Below are positions 8,537-18,767 of a stretch of 64,000 bases of DNA, one piece after another. A program made the translations under genes and the position numbers. The notes beneath the pieces are model-generated. The model was given only the letters and a program-made list of their open reading frames with translations, was not told the DNA's origin and searched no databases. Source of the DNA: an uncultured Chloroflexia bacterium (GTDB lineage Bacteria; Chloroflexota; Chloroflexia; QHBQ01; JADMIH01); NCBI GenBank assembly GCA_963797095.1, contig CAWCNY010000004.1, positions 288,001 through 352,000 on the forward strand. Reading direction: 5' to 3'. Numbering within the stretch: position 1 is the first letter of the stretch; every line of letters begins with the position of its first letter.

Positions 8537-9759
8537 AATGCCTCCTCGTCCTTGCACTACTAAGTATTTTGATTTCGATAGTTGACGTTGCGACTGCCCC
8601 AACCGCACACGCCCAAACACCTGTCTTTACCCAGGCACCGCCTGCGCAGTCCTCTGATGAGCCGCGCCAGGAAACATTGGAGGCACGTGTTCTCACTGCT
8701 TCGCCTCCCACACCATGCCAGCAAGGCTCGGAAGACTCTGAGACTTCGCTGTCCGGAGTAGTCCAGAAATGCCAGAACCTGGAACTGCTGGTTACCGACG
8801 GAAGCATTAAGGGCCAGCGCATACAGATCGATCAGGGACAGATACCCGTTGCGGGCAACGTGGACATTGCCTACAAGCCAGGCGACCGAGTGTATGTGGA
8901 CTGGATAAGCGGCGGGGGCCAGCCAAGCGAATTCTATGTCACCGACTTCATACGCACTGATGGCCTTCTGATCCTCGCCGCACTGTTCGTCATCCTTGCC
9001 ATCATTTTCGGTGGCTTGCGCGGACTTTCGTCGCTGATCGGGCTGGCGATCAGCTTCGCGATCATCTTCTTCTTCGTACTGCCCAGAATCATTGCGGGCG
9101 ACGACCCCGTCTTCATAAGCGTGATCGGAGCCCTTGTGATCATGATCATCACCCTTTATCTCTCGCACGGTCTCAGCATCAAGACCACGGCGGCCTTACT
9201 TGGAACCTCCATCAGTCTTGTTCTGACCGGGCTGCTCGCCTGGGGCGCTGTTGAAGTGGTCCGGCTTTCAGGCTTTGGCTCGGAGGAGGCTACTTACGTG
9301 CAAATCGCACAGGGAGGCTCGATCAACCTGCGCGGCCTTCTTCTTGGAGGCATCATAATCGGGGCATTAGGTGTGTTGGACGACATCACCATCAGCCAGT
9401 CGGCTGCTGTATTCGAAATGAAGCGCGTCGATCCAGGGCTTGGTTGGCGACGCCTCTTTTCTCATGCGGTGAACATAGGGCGCGACCACATAGCCGCTAC
9501 CACAAACACACTCGTCCTCGCCTATGCAGGTGCTTCGCTACCTCTGCTGATACTGTTCGTCAGTGGAGCCGCATCCTGGACCAGAGTAATCAATATGGAG
9601 GTCGTAGCCGAAGAAGTGGTCCGCACCCTTGTTGGAACCATAGGGCTGATGGCATCGGTCCCACTCACGACCGCGTTGGCGGCGGTGCTGGCTGTCCGCT
9701 ATCCGCCCGCTCCATTCCAAGGAAGCCAGCCGGTTCACGTGCACAGCCACCACCACTGA
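8533..9759 (+). CDS. YibE/F family membrane protein
   Basis: GALGVLDDITISQ, GRDHIAATTNTLVLAYAGASLP, EEVVRTLVG; His-rich C-terminus. Confidence 0.9.
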   Translation: MKCLLVLALLSILISIVDVATAPTAHAQTPVFTQAPPAQSSDEPRQETLEARVLTASPPTPCQQGSEDSETSLSGVVQKCQNLELLVTDGSIKGQRIQIDQGQIPVAGNVDIAYKPGDRVYVDWISGGGQPSEFYVTDFIRTDGLLILAALFVILAIIFGGLRGLSSLIGLAISFAIIFFFVLPRIIAGDDPVFISVIGALVIMIITLYLSHGLSIKTTAALLGTSISLVLTGLLAWGAVEVVRLSGFGSEEATYVQIAQGGSINLRGLLLGGIIIGALGVLDDITISQSAAVFEMKRVDPGLGWRRLFSHAVNIGRDHIAATTNTLVLAYAGASLPLLILFVSGAASWTRVINMEVVAEEVVRTLVGTIGLMASVPLTTALAAVLAVRYPPAPFQGSQPVHVHSHHH

Positions 9760-9879
9760 TTTGACCATCTCACGCAACAGTACTAAGGAGGACCAGGAAT
9801 ATTTGGTGCTACGCAGCCCTTGTTTCCATACACATCACTCCTATATACTCACTTGTAGGTGCACTAATCAACAATAACT

Positions 9880-12195
9880 ATGAGTACTACCCAACAAGCT
9901 CGCCAATATCAACTGTCTCCAGAGAATAGTGCGGAGCCTGCCGAGCCTCAGCCTGCACGCGAGCAGTTAGCGTCCAGGAGCGCGCCAACTCAACAGGTCG
10001 CCCTTTTGGAAGCGATCGTCGGTATTTCGCGAAAAGTGGCGGAAGGCTCGGACGAGGAGGCCATATTTCAGAGCGTGGTCGAAGAGGCTCAGAAGACACT
10101 CTTGGCCGACCGGGTCTTGATCGCGTTGGCCCTGCAAGGTGAGCCTAGTCTGAATGTAGTAGCGCATTACGGTTTCCCAGCCGATCAGGCACGACACTTC
10201 GACAATGATAAGTTGCACTTTAGCGACTACCCGTTTCTTCGTCGCGTCTTTGAGGTTGGGCAAGCGGTGGTGGTCGCAGACACAGAGTCGCCCAACGCTG
10301 AAGTCGGGTTACTTCTGAAGAAGCACGCTATCCGGTCCTTCTACATTTCTCCTCTCAAATATGGCGACAACTTCATGGGAGTGCTTGCGGTTGGTTACAC
10401 CACAAGACCTCACCAGTGGACACCTGACGAGATCGATTGGCTTACTGCTCTTTCTGACCAGGCAGCAGTAGCCCTAACCCTGCGCCGCAACCTGCAGGAG
10501 CAATCGCGCAGCCTGGCGGTACGTGAAGCGCTCCATACGGCAAGTAGGCGTTTGCAATCGTCCCCCGATATAGAGACTGTGATTGAAGCTACCTTGCAGG
10601 GCGTGGCTCAAGTGGTGCCAAGCGTGGGCACCTCCATTCACCTGCTAAGTGACGACGGCAAGACGGCTAGCGTCGCTGGCGTCTGGGGGTACAAAGAGAA
10701 CGCCCTGAAATCCAATGCGGTAATCGGATACACCTACTCGGTGAACAACAGCCCCCTCAACAGCCGGACATTGTTAGATCACGAAGCCTTCTTCCTACAT
10801 GATTTCCAGAAAGAGGCCGAAAAGTGGTCGAATGCCGACATGCCGACACTCAGGGCATGGATGAGCGTGCCCCTGATCGCCAATAACAGGTGCCTGGGCA
10901 AGATCACGGTAGATCACGACCTGCCCGGCGTCTACGGCCCTGAGGAACTTGCAATCGTGCAGACCTTCGCCGCCCATGCCGCCGTTGCCATAGAGCGCGC
11001 CCGCCTCTATTCGGAGACCAACGATAAAGCAGCACAATTCGCGTCCCTCGCCCGCAGCGCACGTATCCTTGCAAGCGACCTTGACCTTACTGTCGTCCTG
11101 CAAGCAGTAGTGGACAATGCGCGCTCTCTTACAGGCGCGGAAGCCTCCCTGATGCTCCATAAATCGCAGACCGACACTCTCACACCCTTTGGACTCTCCC
11201 GGATTAAGCCTCAGCATGAAGCTACAGAAGATCCCCTCACCGCATCTATCGAAACAAGATTATGTGCGGAGGCGCTTCACCAACAGAAAGTAATCGTAGA
11301 CCAGGATCTGTTGCATGAGGCGGATGTGAGCGGTCATAGGGGCTTGCGTGTCCGCACCGTGGTCATCTTGCCCTTGAGCGTGGGCGAGGACCGCCTGGGC
11401 ATTCTGAGGATTGCGTGGCCCCAACCTGACCGTGCTGACGAGGAATGCGTGGCTCTTTGCACCGCTTTCGCCGACCAGGCCGCATTGGCCATACACAACG
11501 CCCGCCAGCACAACGAGATGGTGCGACGCGAAGAGGAACGCACAATGCTTTTGCGCCAGCTCTTGACCGCGCAGGAGAACGAACGCAAGAGAATCGCTAT
11601 CGAGTTGCATGATGGCCCGCTTCAATCGCTTGGCGTAGGACTCGTCAATGCCGATTCCCTGCGAAAGAAGATGGAGTCGGGGCTTCCTGTGTCACCGTCC
11701 GACGTTGACGAACTGCGGCGCTACTTTGCTTCCGTGGTAAACGAAATTCGCGGCCTCATGGCCGATTTGCGTCCCGAAGTTCTTGATTCCTACGGGCTAC
11801 GGGCGGGCCTTGAGGCCCACTGCCGGCGGCTGAGGGAAAGCTGCCCATTCGAGATACACATGCTCTACCACTTGCGCGAGCGCCCGCCTACGTACATTGA
11901 GGTGCTGGTCTACAGGCTGGTACAGGAGGCACTCAACAATGTACGCAAGCATGCCAACGCCACCCGGACCACCATTTTGATACGTGCAGACAAGGTTAGG
12001 TCATCTTTGGTTGTGCAGGTTGCAGACGACGGCAAAGGCTTCGATCCGTCTGTGCTGCCCAACAGACGTGATGGGTTCGGCCTCGGGATCAAGAGTATGC
12101 TGGAGCGCACGCAAAGCGCCGGTGGCACAATGGAGATCGACAGCGCCCATGGCATGGGCACGACAGTGACTTTCGAATTGCCTGTGCCCGGATGA
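9880..12195 (+). CDS. Cytoplasmic sensor histidine kinase, three GAF domains + HisKA_3/HATPase (no cognate regulator adjacent)
   Basis: ERKRIAIELHDGPLQ H-box, QEALNNVRKHA N-box, DDGKGF and GLGI G-boxes. Confidence 0.92.
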   Translation: MSTTQQARQYQLSPENSAEPAEPQPAREQLASRSAPTQQVALLEAIVGISRKVAEGSDEEAIFQSVVEEAQKTLLADRVLIALALQGEPSLNVVAHYGFPADQARHFDNDKLHFSDYPFLRRVFEVGQAVVVADTESPNAEVGLLLKKHAIRSFYISPLKYGDNFMGVLAVGYTTRPHQWTPDEIDWLTALSDQAAVALTLRRNLQEQSRSLAVREALHTASRRLQSSPDIETVIEATLQGVAQVVPSVGTSIHLLSDDGKTASVAGVWGYKENALKSNAVIGYTYSVNNSPLNSRTLLDHEAFFLHDFQKEAEKWSNADMPTLRAWMSVPLIANNRCLGKITVDHDLPGVYGPEELAIVQTFAAHAAVAIERARLYSETNDKAAQFASLARSARILASDLDLTVVLQAVVDNARSLTGAEASLMLHKSQTDTLTPFGLSRIKPQHEATEDPLTASIETRLCAEALHQQKVIVDQDLLHEADVSGHRGLRVRTVVILPLSVGEDRLGILRIAWPQPDRADEECVALCTAFADQAALAIHNARQHNEMVRREEERTMLLRQLLTAQENERKRIAIELHDGPLQSLGVGLVNADSLRKKMESGLPVSPSDVDELRRYFASVVNEIRGLMADLRPEVLDSYGLRAGLEAHCRRLRESCPFEIHMLYHLRERPPTYIEVLVYRLVQEALNNVRKHANATRTTILIRADKVRSSLVVQVADDGKGFDPSVLPNRRDGFGLGIKSMLERTQSAGGTMEIDSAHGMGTTVTFELPVPG

Positions 12196-12205
12196 CACGT
12201 CCGGC

Positions 12206-12240
12206 AAACAGAAAGGCGACAACCCGCGTAGGTCGTCGCC
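12206..12240 (-). terminator. Intrinsic terminator downstream of phoU and the candidate sRNA
   Basis: Minus strand GGCGACGACC-TACGCG-GGTTGTCGCC-TTTCTGTTT; the G.U pair only forms on the minus strand. Confidence 0.75.
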
Positions 12241-12324
12241 CGTAGCCTTTGATAGGAGTAAGCGGCCCGGTACTGCTCTCCACCGCACCCGCCCAGGCAG
12301 GAGGAGAGCAGCACCGTTTCCGAT
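12206..12324 (-). ncRNA. Candidate ~120-nt Pho-regulated small RNA
   Basis: Upstream Pho-box-like repeats and -10 TAGACT; 14-bp stem (12268-12281/12303-12316); terminator at the 3' end. Confidence 0.5.
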
Positions 12325-12330
12325 ATTTCC

Positions 12331-12383
12331 AGTCTACATCCCCTTGTTTATGCCGTAGTTAATGAACTGTTAAGGGTGTTAAC
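12331..12383 (-). promoter_or_regulatory. Pho-box-like promoter (TTAAC repeats + -10 TAGACT)
   Basis: Plus-strand GTTTA/GTTAA at 12346, 12358, 12369, 12378; same 12/11-bp spacing as the site at 19351-19378. Confidence 0.6.
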
Positions 12384-12440
12384 GTGATGAGTGGTGGGCC
12401 AATGGCCCACCACTCATAATTGCTCATTCGCGCACGACAC

Positions 12441-13106
12441 TCAATACTTCGATACGTTGATCTCGTCCATTTTACCGGTGACCAGGAAGATTACCCGCTC
12501 GCAGATATTAGTCACACGGTCGGCAATTCGTTCGAGGTTGTGGGCGACCCACAACAAATGCGTGGCGCGATTAATCGTGCCTGGGTCGGCCATCATGAAG
12601 GTCAACAACTCCCGGTACACTTGCTCGTACAAGTTATCGATCTGATCGTCTTCCTCGGCGATTGCGCGTGCCATCTCAGCATCTCGCCGCACATATGCGT
12701 CCATGCTCCTGCGTAGCATAGACCGCGACATTTCGTCCATGCGGGGGATATCCACCAGTGGCTTCAGGGGCGGCTCGTCCCCGATCATGATCGTGACCTT
12801 GGCGATCCCTTCGGCGTGGTCACCCATCCGCTCCAGGTCGGTGATGATATTGAGCACAGCCGCTATCACCCGTAGGTCCGAGGCAATAGGCTGCTGTCGA
12901 GCAATCAACAACAGACACTGGTCCTCAATCCCGAACCGCTGCTGGTTGATCTTGAAGTCATCATCGATGACTTCCTGGGCCAGGACTACATCTCTCGTTT
13001 TCAGAGCAATAATTGACCGTTGAATCGCCTTTTCGACCATGCTGGCCATAACGAGCAGACTATCCTGCACGGCCTGAAGTTCCTGGTGAAATAACTCTCT
13101 GGGCAT
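12441..13106 (-). CDS. phoU: Phosphate signalling protein PhoU
   Basis: IARQQPIASDLR, DLERMGDHA, NLERIADRVTNICE. Confidence 0.97.
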   Translation of the reverse strand: MPRELFHQELQAVQDSLLVMASMVEKAIQRSIIALKTRDVVLAQEVIDDDFKINQQRFGIEDQCLLLIARQQPIASDLRVIAAVLNIITDLERMGDHAEGIAKVTIMIGDEPPLKPLVDIPRMDEMSRSMLRRSMDAYVRRDAEMARAIAEEDDQIDNLYEQVYRELLTFMMADPGTINRATHLLWVAHNLERIADRVTNICERVIFLVTGKMDEINVSKY

Positions 13107-13117
13107 GCTCCCTCCTG

Positions 13118-13945
13118 TTACCCGATACGCCCGGTAATATACTCTTCTGTCCGCTGTTCCTTCGGCGACGTGAAGACGTCGCGCGTGGTTCCCACTTCAA
13201 TCAATTCACCCGCTTTATCCGGCATCATCATCATTACAGCAGTATAGTCCGACACACGTGCGGCCTGCTGCATGTTGTGCGTTACTATGATGATTGTAAG
13301 CGAGTTCTTCAGCTCCTGCATCAGGTCTTCAATCTTCAATGTTGACACGGGATCAAGCGCCGAAGCAGGCTCGTCCATCAACAGTACCTCAGGCTCCACC
13401 GCTAGGGCCCGTGCGATGCAGAGTCGCTGCTGTTGTCCACCTGAGAGGGAAGTGCCGGGCAATTGCAGCTTGTCCTTCACCTCGTCCCACAATGCTGCTC
13501 TTTTCAGCGCAAGCTCCACCTTTTCCTGAAGTGACGAACCGCGCTTGCTTCCCGCTATGAGCATGCCAATCGCCACATTATCAAATATGCTCTTAGTCAC
13601 CAGTGGATTTGGCCGCTGAAACACCATACCTATCGTGCGACGAACGTCCCCCACATCCGACTTGTAGAGATCAATACCGTCGAGCAGGATTTGCCCGGTG
13701 AGATAGGCACCAAGCAACGTCTCATGTATCCTGTTGATCGAGCGCAGAAGCGTGGACTTCCCGGATCCCGAAGGGCCAATCAGCGACATGATCGTGTTGG
13801 CAGGCACTTCCAGGTTCGCGCCCCGCACCGCGAGGAACTTGCCATAATACACGTTTACATCGCGAACGCTGATCTCGCCTCGTCTGCCGAGTTGCCGGTC
13901 CGCCTCTATGGCAGCCCTACTCGTCACTTGTGTTCCTGTAGCCAT
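13118..13945 (-). CDS. pstB: Phosphate ABC transporter ATP-binding protein (second copy)
   Basis: [54 protein letters not shown]. Confidence 0.95.
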   Translation of the reverse strand: MATGTQVTSRAAIEADRQLGRRGEISVRDVNVYYGKFLAVRGANLEVPANTIMSLIGPSGSGKSTLLRSINRIHETLLGAYLTGQILLDGIDLYKSDVGDVRRTIGMVFQRPNPLVTKSIFDNVAIGMLIAGSKRGSSLQEKVELALKRAALWDEVKDKLQLPGTSLSGGQQQRLCIARALAVEPEVLLMDEPASALDPVSTLKIEDLMQELKNSLTIIIVTHNMQQAARVSDYTAVMMMMPDKAGELIEVGTTRDVFTSPKEQRTEEYITGRIG

Positions 13946-14017
13946 CCTCTATCTTACCTCTCTGGTTCTCCGCATAGGACTCGTGCCAATATTTCGCTAC
14001 CTGTCGCTCGCCACTTC

Positions 14018-14887
14018 CTATCCAAACCTGCCCGTTATGAAGTCCTCAGTTTCCTTCCGTGAGGGCGTCACAAACATCTTGGTGGTAGCATCGAACTCGA
14101 CAATACGCCCACTAAGGAAGAACGCGCAGTACTCCGACACGCGGGCTGCCTGCTGCAAGTTGTGGGTCACGATCACTATTGTGTAGTTCTCTTTCAGAGA
14201 CACCATCAAATCCTCGATCTTCCCGGTAGATATAGGATCGAGCGCCGAAGCAGGTTCGTCCATCAACAGCACAGCAGGTCGTAATGCAATCGCACGTGCG
14301 ATGCACAGACGCTGCTGCTGCCCACCCGACAAGGCAAACGCCGATTTCTTCAGTTTGTCTTTCGCCTCGTCCCAAAGAGCGGCTTCTCGCAAGCACTTCT
14401 CTACCCTGTCCGCGATCTCGTTTCGGGGATATTTATGAACGCGCATAGCGTATGCAACGTTCTCAAAAATAGATTTAGGGAACGGATTGGGCCTCTGGAA
14501 GACCATTCCCACCCGCAGTCTCAAGCGCACCACATCCATCTCTTTGGCAAGCACATCCTGCCCATCGAGCAAGATGCGCCCCTCGGATCGGGCGGTAGGC
14601 ACCACATCATTCAACCGATTGATGCATCTCAGGAATGTAGTTTTCCCAGAACCCGAAGGGCCAATCAACGCTGTGACCTGGTGTTCTCTTATATCGAGAT
14701 TGATGTTGTCCAGCACTTGTTTTGGCCCGTAAAAGAAGTTCAGTTGCTGCGACTGCAACTTGATCCTGGCGCTAGGATCGGCTTCGAATACAGGCTGCAA
14801 TCCTGTAAGCAGTCCGTGTGTCCTATCCCCCGACATTTCCTGTGTGCTCATTGGACTTCTGCCGTTCTGACTGATTGTTGTGGTCAT
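14018..14887 (-). CDS. pstB: Phosphate ABC transporter ATP-binding protein
   Basis: [38 protein letters not shown]. Confidence 0.96.
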   Translation of the reverse strand: MTTTISQNGRSPMSTQEMSGDRTHGLLTGLQPVFEADPSARIKLQSQQLNFFYGPKQVLDNINLDIREHQVTALIGPSGSGKTTFLRCINRLNDVVPTARSEGRILLDGQDVLAKEMDVVRLRLRVGMVFQRPNPFPKSIFENVAYAMRVHKYPRNEIADRVEKCLREAALWDEAKDKLKKSAFALSGGQQQRLCIARAIALRPAVLLMDEPASALDPISTGKIEDLMVSLKENYTIVIVTHNLQQAARVSEYCAFFLSGRIVEFDATTKMFVTPSRKETEDFITGRFG

Positions 14888-14908
14888 ACTCTCTCCCTTC
14901 CCGTCCCT

Positions 14909-15808
14909 TTATTGTATCTTGACGCCCCTGCCGCGTGTAGCTATCCGCAACAGCAGTGCCCCAAGCGCCACGCCGATAACAAGCACGAAGGCCGCGCCAT
15001 ACGCCTGGGCGTGCCAGGTTTCATACGGCCCGCGTGCGTATTTCAAGATTCGGAGCGTCAGTTCATCGGTCGGCTTGAATATATCGGTTTGCACAAACTC
15101 GTTGCCCAGCGCCGTCAGAATCAGCGGCGCGGTCTCGCCGGCCACGCGGGCTACAGCCAGCACCCCACCTGTGATCACACCGGCGCGGGCGGCAGGCAAT
15201 ACCAGGCCGAGTATCACGCGCCAGGTTGGCAGGCCAAGCGCAAGCCCTGCTTCCCGTATGCTTCCGGGCACCAGCCTCATAACGTCCTCAGACGTGCGGG
15301 CGATGATCGGCACCATAATAATCGCGAGCGCCACACCTCCTGCAAACGCCGAGAATTGGCCCATTGGCTTCACCAGCATCAAGTATACGAACAGGCCCAC
15401 GATAATGGAAGGGATCCCAACGAAGGTGTTCACTCCCATACGTGCTATGGCCGAGAAGACACTGTTGCCGGAGGCAATTTCGCTCAGATAGATACCGATA
15501 AGTATACCCACCGGCACCCCTAATAGGGAAGCGATTGACACAATTGTCAACGTCCCGGTGATCGAGGCCACGATGCCGCCACCTTCCTCACCTACGGCGG
15601 GCGCTTCCTGGGTGAAGAAATCCCAGTTAAGGGTGCCCACGCCTTGCACCAGGAGAAATATCAACAGGTACAGCAGAAGGCCGAGCGCCAGCAGCGTGCA
15701 AAGGCCCGTGAAAATATGGACCGCCGTGCCGGTGATCTTACGGCGGGTGGATGCATTCGATGCAGAGCGAAGGCTCGTGCGAGGGCCGGTCATTTGTGCT
15801 GTGCTCAT
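14909..15808 (-). CDS. pstA: Phosphate ABC transporter permease PstA
   Basis: PSIIVGLF, REAGLALG, ARVAGETAPL. Confidence 0.95.
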   Translation of the reverse strand: MSTAQMTGPRTSLRSASNASTRRKITGTAVHIFTGLCTLLALGLLLYLLIFLLVQGVGTLNWDFFTQEAPAVGEEGGGIVASITGTLTIVSIASLLGVPVGILIGIYLSEIASGNSVFSAIARMGVNTFVGIPSIIVGLFVYLMLVKPMGQFSAFAGGVALAIIMVPIIARTSEDVMRLVPGSIREAGLALGLPTWRVILGLVLPAARAGVITGGVLAVARVAGETAPLILTALGNEFVQTDIFKPTDELTLRILKYARGPYETWHAQAYGAAFVLVIGVALGALLLRIATRGRGVKIQ

Positions 15809-15866
15809 ATCTCTGGTCTCAACTCCTGACTTTCCACCTGATCCCGTCCAGATTACCATGCGCTCA

Positions 15867-16925
15867 TCATGCCCGTCGCATGGTTCGGTTCATGCGCTGC
15901 AACAAGTAATACGCACCGATGTTCACCAACGCTGTAATGATAAAGAGAAGCAGCCCAGCCTCGACGAGAGCAGACCGGTAAAGGTCGTTCGATACTTCAC
16001 CAAACTCGTTCGCGATTACGCTGGCCAGCGTGTAGCCCTGGTCGAATACCGTCTTGGGGAAATTATGCCCACCACCGATTGTCATAGCCACCGCGATTGT
16101 TTCGCCCAGAGCGCGCCCCAGCGATAAGATAATCGCCCCAAAAATGCCACCGCGAGCATATGGTATCACCGCCTGCCGCAACACTTCCCATCTTGTAGCA
16201 CCAAGTGCCAGCATCGCCTCGCGCTGGCTGTCAGGTACCAACAAAAGCGCCTCTCTTGACAGCGACAATATGAGCGGCAAGAGCATGATAGACAGAATCA
16301 GTGAGGCGGCGAGGATGCCGGGACCGTACGCAGGCCCTTGAAAGATCGGCAAGGCTCCGAACGTATCGCGCAGCCACGGCTCGACGGTTTGTTGCAGCCA
16401 GGGCACCATTACCAGCAAGCCCCACAACCCGTACACCACGCTTGGAATGTATGCGAGCAACTCGATCAGGAATGACACCGGCTCGCGCAGCCAGCGTGGA
16501 GCGTAATCCACCAGATATACGGCACCGGACAGCCCCACCGTGCTGGCGATAATCATTGCGATGGCCGCTACTATAAGCGTATCAATAATAAAAGGAGCCG
16601 CCCCGAACTCGTTCTCCGGAGGGTTCCACGTAGATTGAGTGAAGAAATTCAAACCGGCATGCTGTATCATCGGGATCGACTGCAGAATCAACACGATTCC
16701 GATCCCGGCCAGAATAGCCAGGAATATCCACACTGCCAGCCGCACCAAACCCTCAAAGACGCGGTCTCCGCGATTGCGCGTCGGTTCGGGTTGTACGACG
16801 GCCGAGGCCCCTGCCGTGTCTATTTCTGTCGCGCGCTCCATACCTATAGCGGGCGAGCCTTCAAGGCGAGGCGTGAAGGGGGCATCCGGCTCTTCTTCGG
16901 ACTTCTCTTTTATGATTTCACTCAT
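15867..16925 (-). CDS. pstC: Phosphate ABC transporter permease PstC
   Basis: IELLAYIPSVVYGLWG, GRALGETIAV, TLASVIANEFGE. Confidence 0.95.
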   Translation of the reverse strand: MSEIIKEKSEEEPDAPFTPRLEGSPAIGMERATEIDTAGASAVVQPEPTRNRGDRVFEGLVRLAVWIFLAILAGIGIVLILQSIPMIQHAGLNFFTQSTWNPPENEFGAAPFIIDTLIVAAIAMIIASTVGLSGAVYLVDYAPRWLREPVSFLIELLAYIPSVVYGLWGLLVMVPWLQQTVEPWLRDTFGALPIFQGPAYGPGILAASLILSIMLLPLILSLSREALLLVPDSQREAMLALGATRWEVLRQAVIPYARGGIFGAIILSLGRALGETIAVAMTIGGGHNFPKTVFDQGYTLASVIANEFGEVSNDLYRSALVEAGLLLFIITALVNIGAYYLLQRMNRTMRRA

Positions 16926-16939
16926 ATGAACACTCGAAA

Positions 16940-16974
16940 GCCCGGCAGGGACACTGGACTTGTCCCTGCCGGGC
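16940..16974 (-). terminator. Stem-loop between pstS and pstC (partial terminator / mRNA stabiliser)
   Basis: GCCCGGCAGGGACA / TGTCCCTGCCGGGC perfect 14-bp stem followed by TTT on the minus strand. Confidence 0.7.
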
Positions 16975-16991
16975 ATAGAGAAATTATCGGT

Positions 16992-18704
16992 CTACTGAGG
17001 GAAGCAAGGCTCTTCCGATCCGCACGTCATGTGGCGAATCTTGTCCTCCACGCGGAGCACTATTGCCGCAGGCAGAGGAGCGTATCCGAGAGCGTCGGAG
17101 TAGTGCTGCCCATCGTGCGCGCACCACCAGAGGAAGTAGGCCAGTATCTTGCCCTTGTTGGGGTCCTGCGACTGGTCAGCATACACCAACAGCCATGTAG
17201 TGGCCGCGATGGGATAGCTGTTGGCTCCAGGTGCATTTGTGACGCTGTAGCGCAGGTCTGCCGGGATCGATGTGTCGATCAGGTTCTGAGCCGCAGCCGA
17301 CACGTTGTCTCCGGTAGCGTCAACAAAGTTGCCTGCTGCATTCTTCAGCAGCGCGTACTGGACACTGTTCTGTCGGGCGTAGGAAACCTCGATATAGCCT
17401 ATCGCGCCCGACGATTGCTTAACCACCTGTGTCACTCCATCGTTACCCTGAGCTCCAATCCCACCCGGCCAGCTTACGGTCGTGTTGCTACCCACCTTGC
17501 TCTTCCAGTCAGCGCTGACCTTGTTTAGATAGTCGGTGAATGTGAAGGTAGTACCCGAGCCGTCAGAGCGGTGAACTACGGCGATGGGAAGATTGGGCAG
17601 AGATACCCCAGGATTGAGGGCAGCAATGGCCGAGTCGTTCCAGTTAGTGATATTCAGCAGAAAGATATTCGCGATAGTAGTGCCATCCAGCTTAAGTTGG
17701 GTCGTAACCCCAGGTAAGTTGTAAGCAAGTACTACGCCCCACATCGTGATCGGCACGTGCAGCGCCTTGGTCGGGCCGCCAGCCTGGCTAAACTGGTCGT
17801 CGGTCAGGAAAGCGTCTGTACCGGCAAAATCCACTGTCTTTGCAAGGTATTGTGTTCGACCGTTGCCGGAACCCGTGCCCTGGTAGTTGATCTTCACACC
17901 CGAATAGATCTGGTTGTACTCGTTCGCCCACTTCGACATTGTCGGAAGCACAGCGGTCGAGCCGGTGCCTGTGAGGTTGGCACTGCCATTGCCGCCGGGG
18001 TACGCAGGCTTGACAACCTGAGTAGCGTCCCACGCGAACTTGCCCAGCAAGCTGAGGAGCACATCGTTGGGAGCCGAGTTCTCAGGGTGCGACTCAAACA
18101 CTGCGCGCTCGAAGTACTGGACCGTGTAGGTCTTGCCATCGGTGCTGCTCTTCTCCTGGAATTCATCCGAGATAGGGTAGCCCTGCTGCGCCAGGCCGCC
18201 GTGCAACTCCCAGTACGCCCGGAACTTACCACCTATGGTGTGGCCTGTCTCGTCAAACTTAAGCGGATTGTCGGTGCTCACCTTCTGCCCGGGCGCGCCG
18301 GCTTTGCCGTAGCGTTCCTTGTACTGCAATGTGCCAAGCAGGCTGAGGAGCACATCATATGGAGCCTGGTTCTCGTTGTGCGCCTCAAACACGGCGCGCT
18401 CGAAATACTGGGTCGGATAGGTCTTGCCGTTGACAGCGCTCACTTCATCGCGCTGCTCCGAGATAGGGTAGCCCTGCTGCGCCAGGCCACCGTTATTGTT
18501 CCAGTAGGTAAGGAACTTGCCGCAGATCTGCCGGTTGGTCTGGGTGAACGTCTGGCAATCGCTCTGCGCCGCCGCGCTTCCCGCCGAGTAGGCAGGCAAG
18601 ACGGCGACCAACAGGCCAAGAATGGCCGCGAAATTCCAGACTGTGCTCAACTTTCGTTTGGGAGCACGCCTGGGTGCGCTATTAGCGTAATCCATCTGTA
18701 TCAT
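16992..18704 (-). CDS. pstS: Phosphate-binding protein PstS fused to two N-terminal surface-protein repeats
   Basis: YQGTGSGNG, DFAGTD, VHRSDGSGTT; N-terminal repeats F..YW...GGLAQQGYPIS...QYFERAVFE.H.EN..P.DVLLSLLG twice. Confidence 0.95.
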   Translation of the reverse strand: MIQMDYANSAPRRAPKRKLSTVWNFAAILGLLVAVLPAYSAGSAAAQSDCQTFTQTNRQICGKFLTYWNNNGGLAQQGYPISEQRDEVSAVNGKTYPTQYFERAVFEAHNENQAPYDVLLSLLGTLQYKERYGKAGAPGQKVSTDNPLKFDETGHTIGGKFRAYWELHGGLAQQGYPISDEFQEKSSTDGKTYTVQYFERAVFESHPENSAPNDVLLSLLGKFAWDATQVVKPAYPGGNGSANLTGTGSTAVLPTMSKWANEYNQIYSGVKINYQGTGSGNGRTQYLAKTVDFAGTDAFLTDDQFSQAGGPTKALHVPITMWGVVLAYNLPGVTTQLKLDGTTIANIFLLNITNWNDSAIAALNPGVSLPNLPIAVVHRSDGSGTTFTFTDYLNKVSADWKSKVGSNTTVSWPGGIGAQGNDGVTQVVKQSSGAIGYIEVSYARQNSVQYALLKNAAGNFVDATGDNVSAAAQNLIDTSIPADLRYSVTNAPGANSYPIAATTWLLVYADQSQDPNKGKILAYFLWWCAHDGQHYSDALGYAPLPAAIVLRVEDKIRHMTCGSEEPCFPQ

Positions 18705-18767
18705 GGTGTATTACTCTCCTCCAAAATGAAACTGTTTCGGGCGGGTTTCATTGGGCGGGTTCGAGTT

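Noticed and set aside
11910-12314. Minus-strand 134-aa ORF after the Pho-like promoter
   Set aside because: It runs through a terminator and antisense into the kinase gene, and shows no protein-like features
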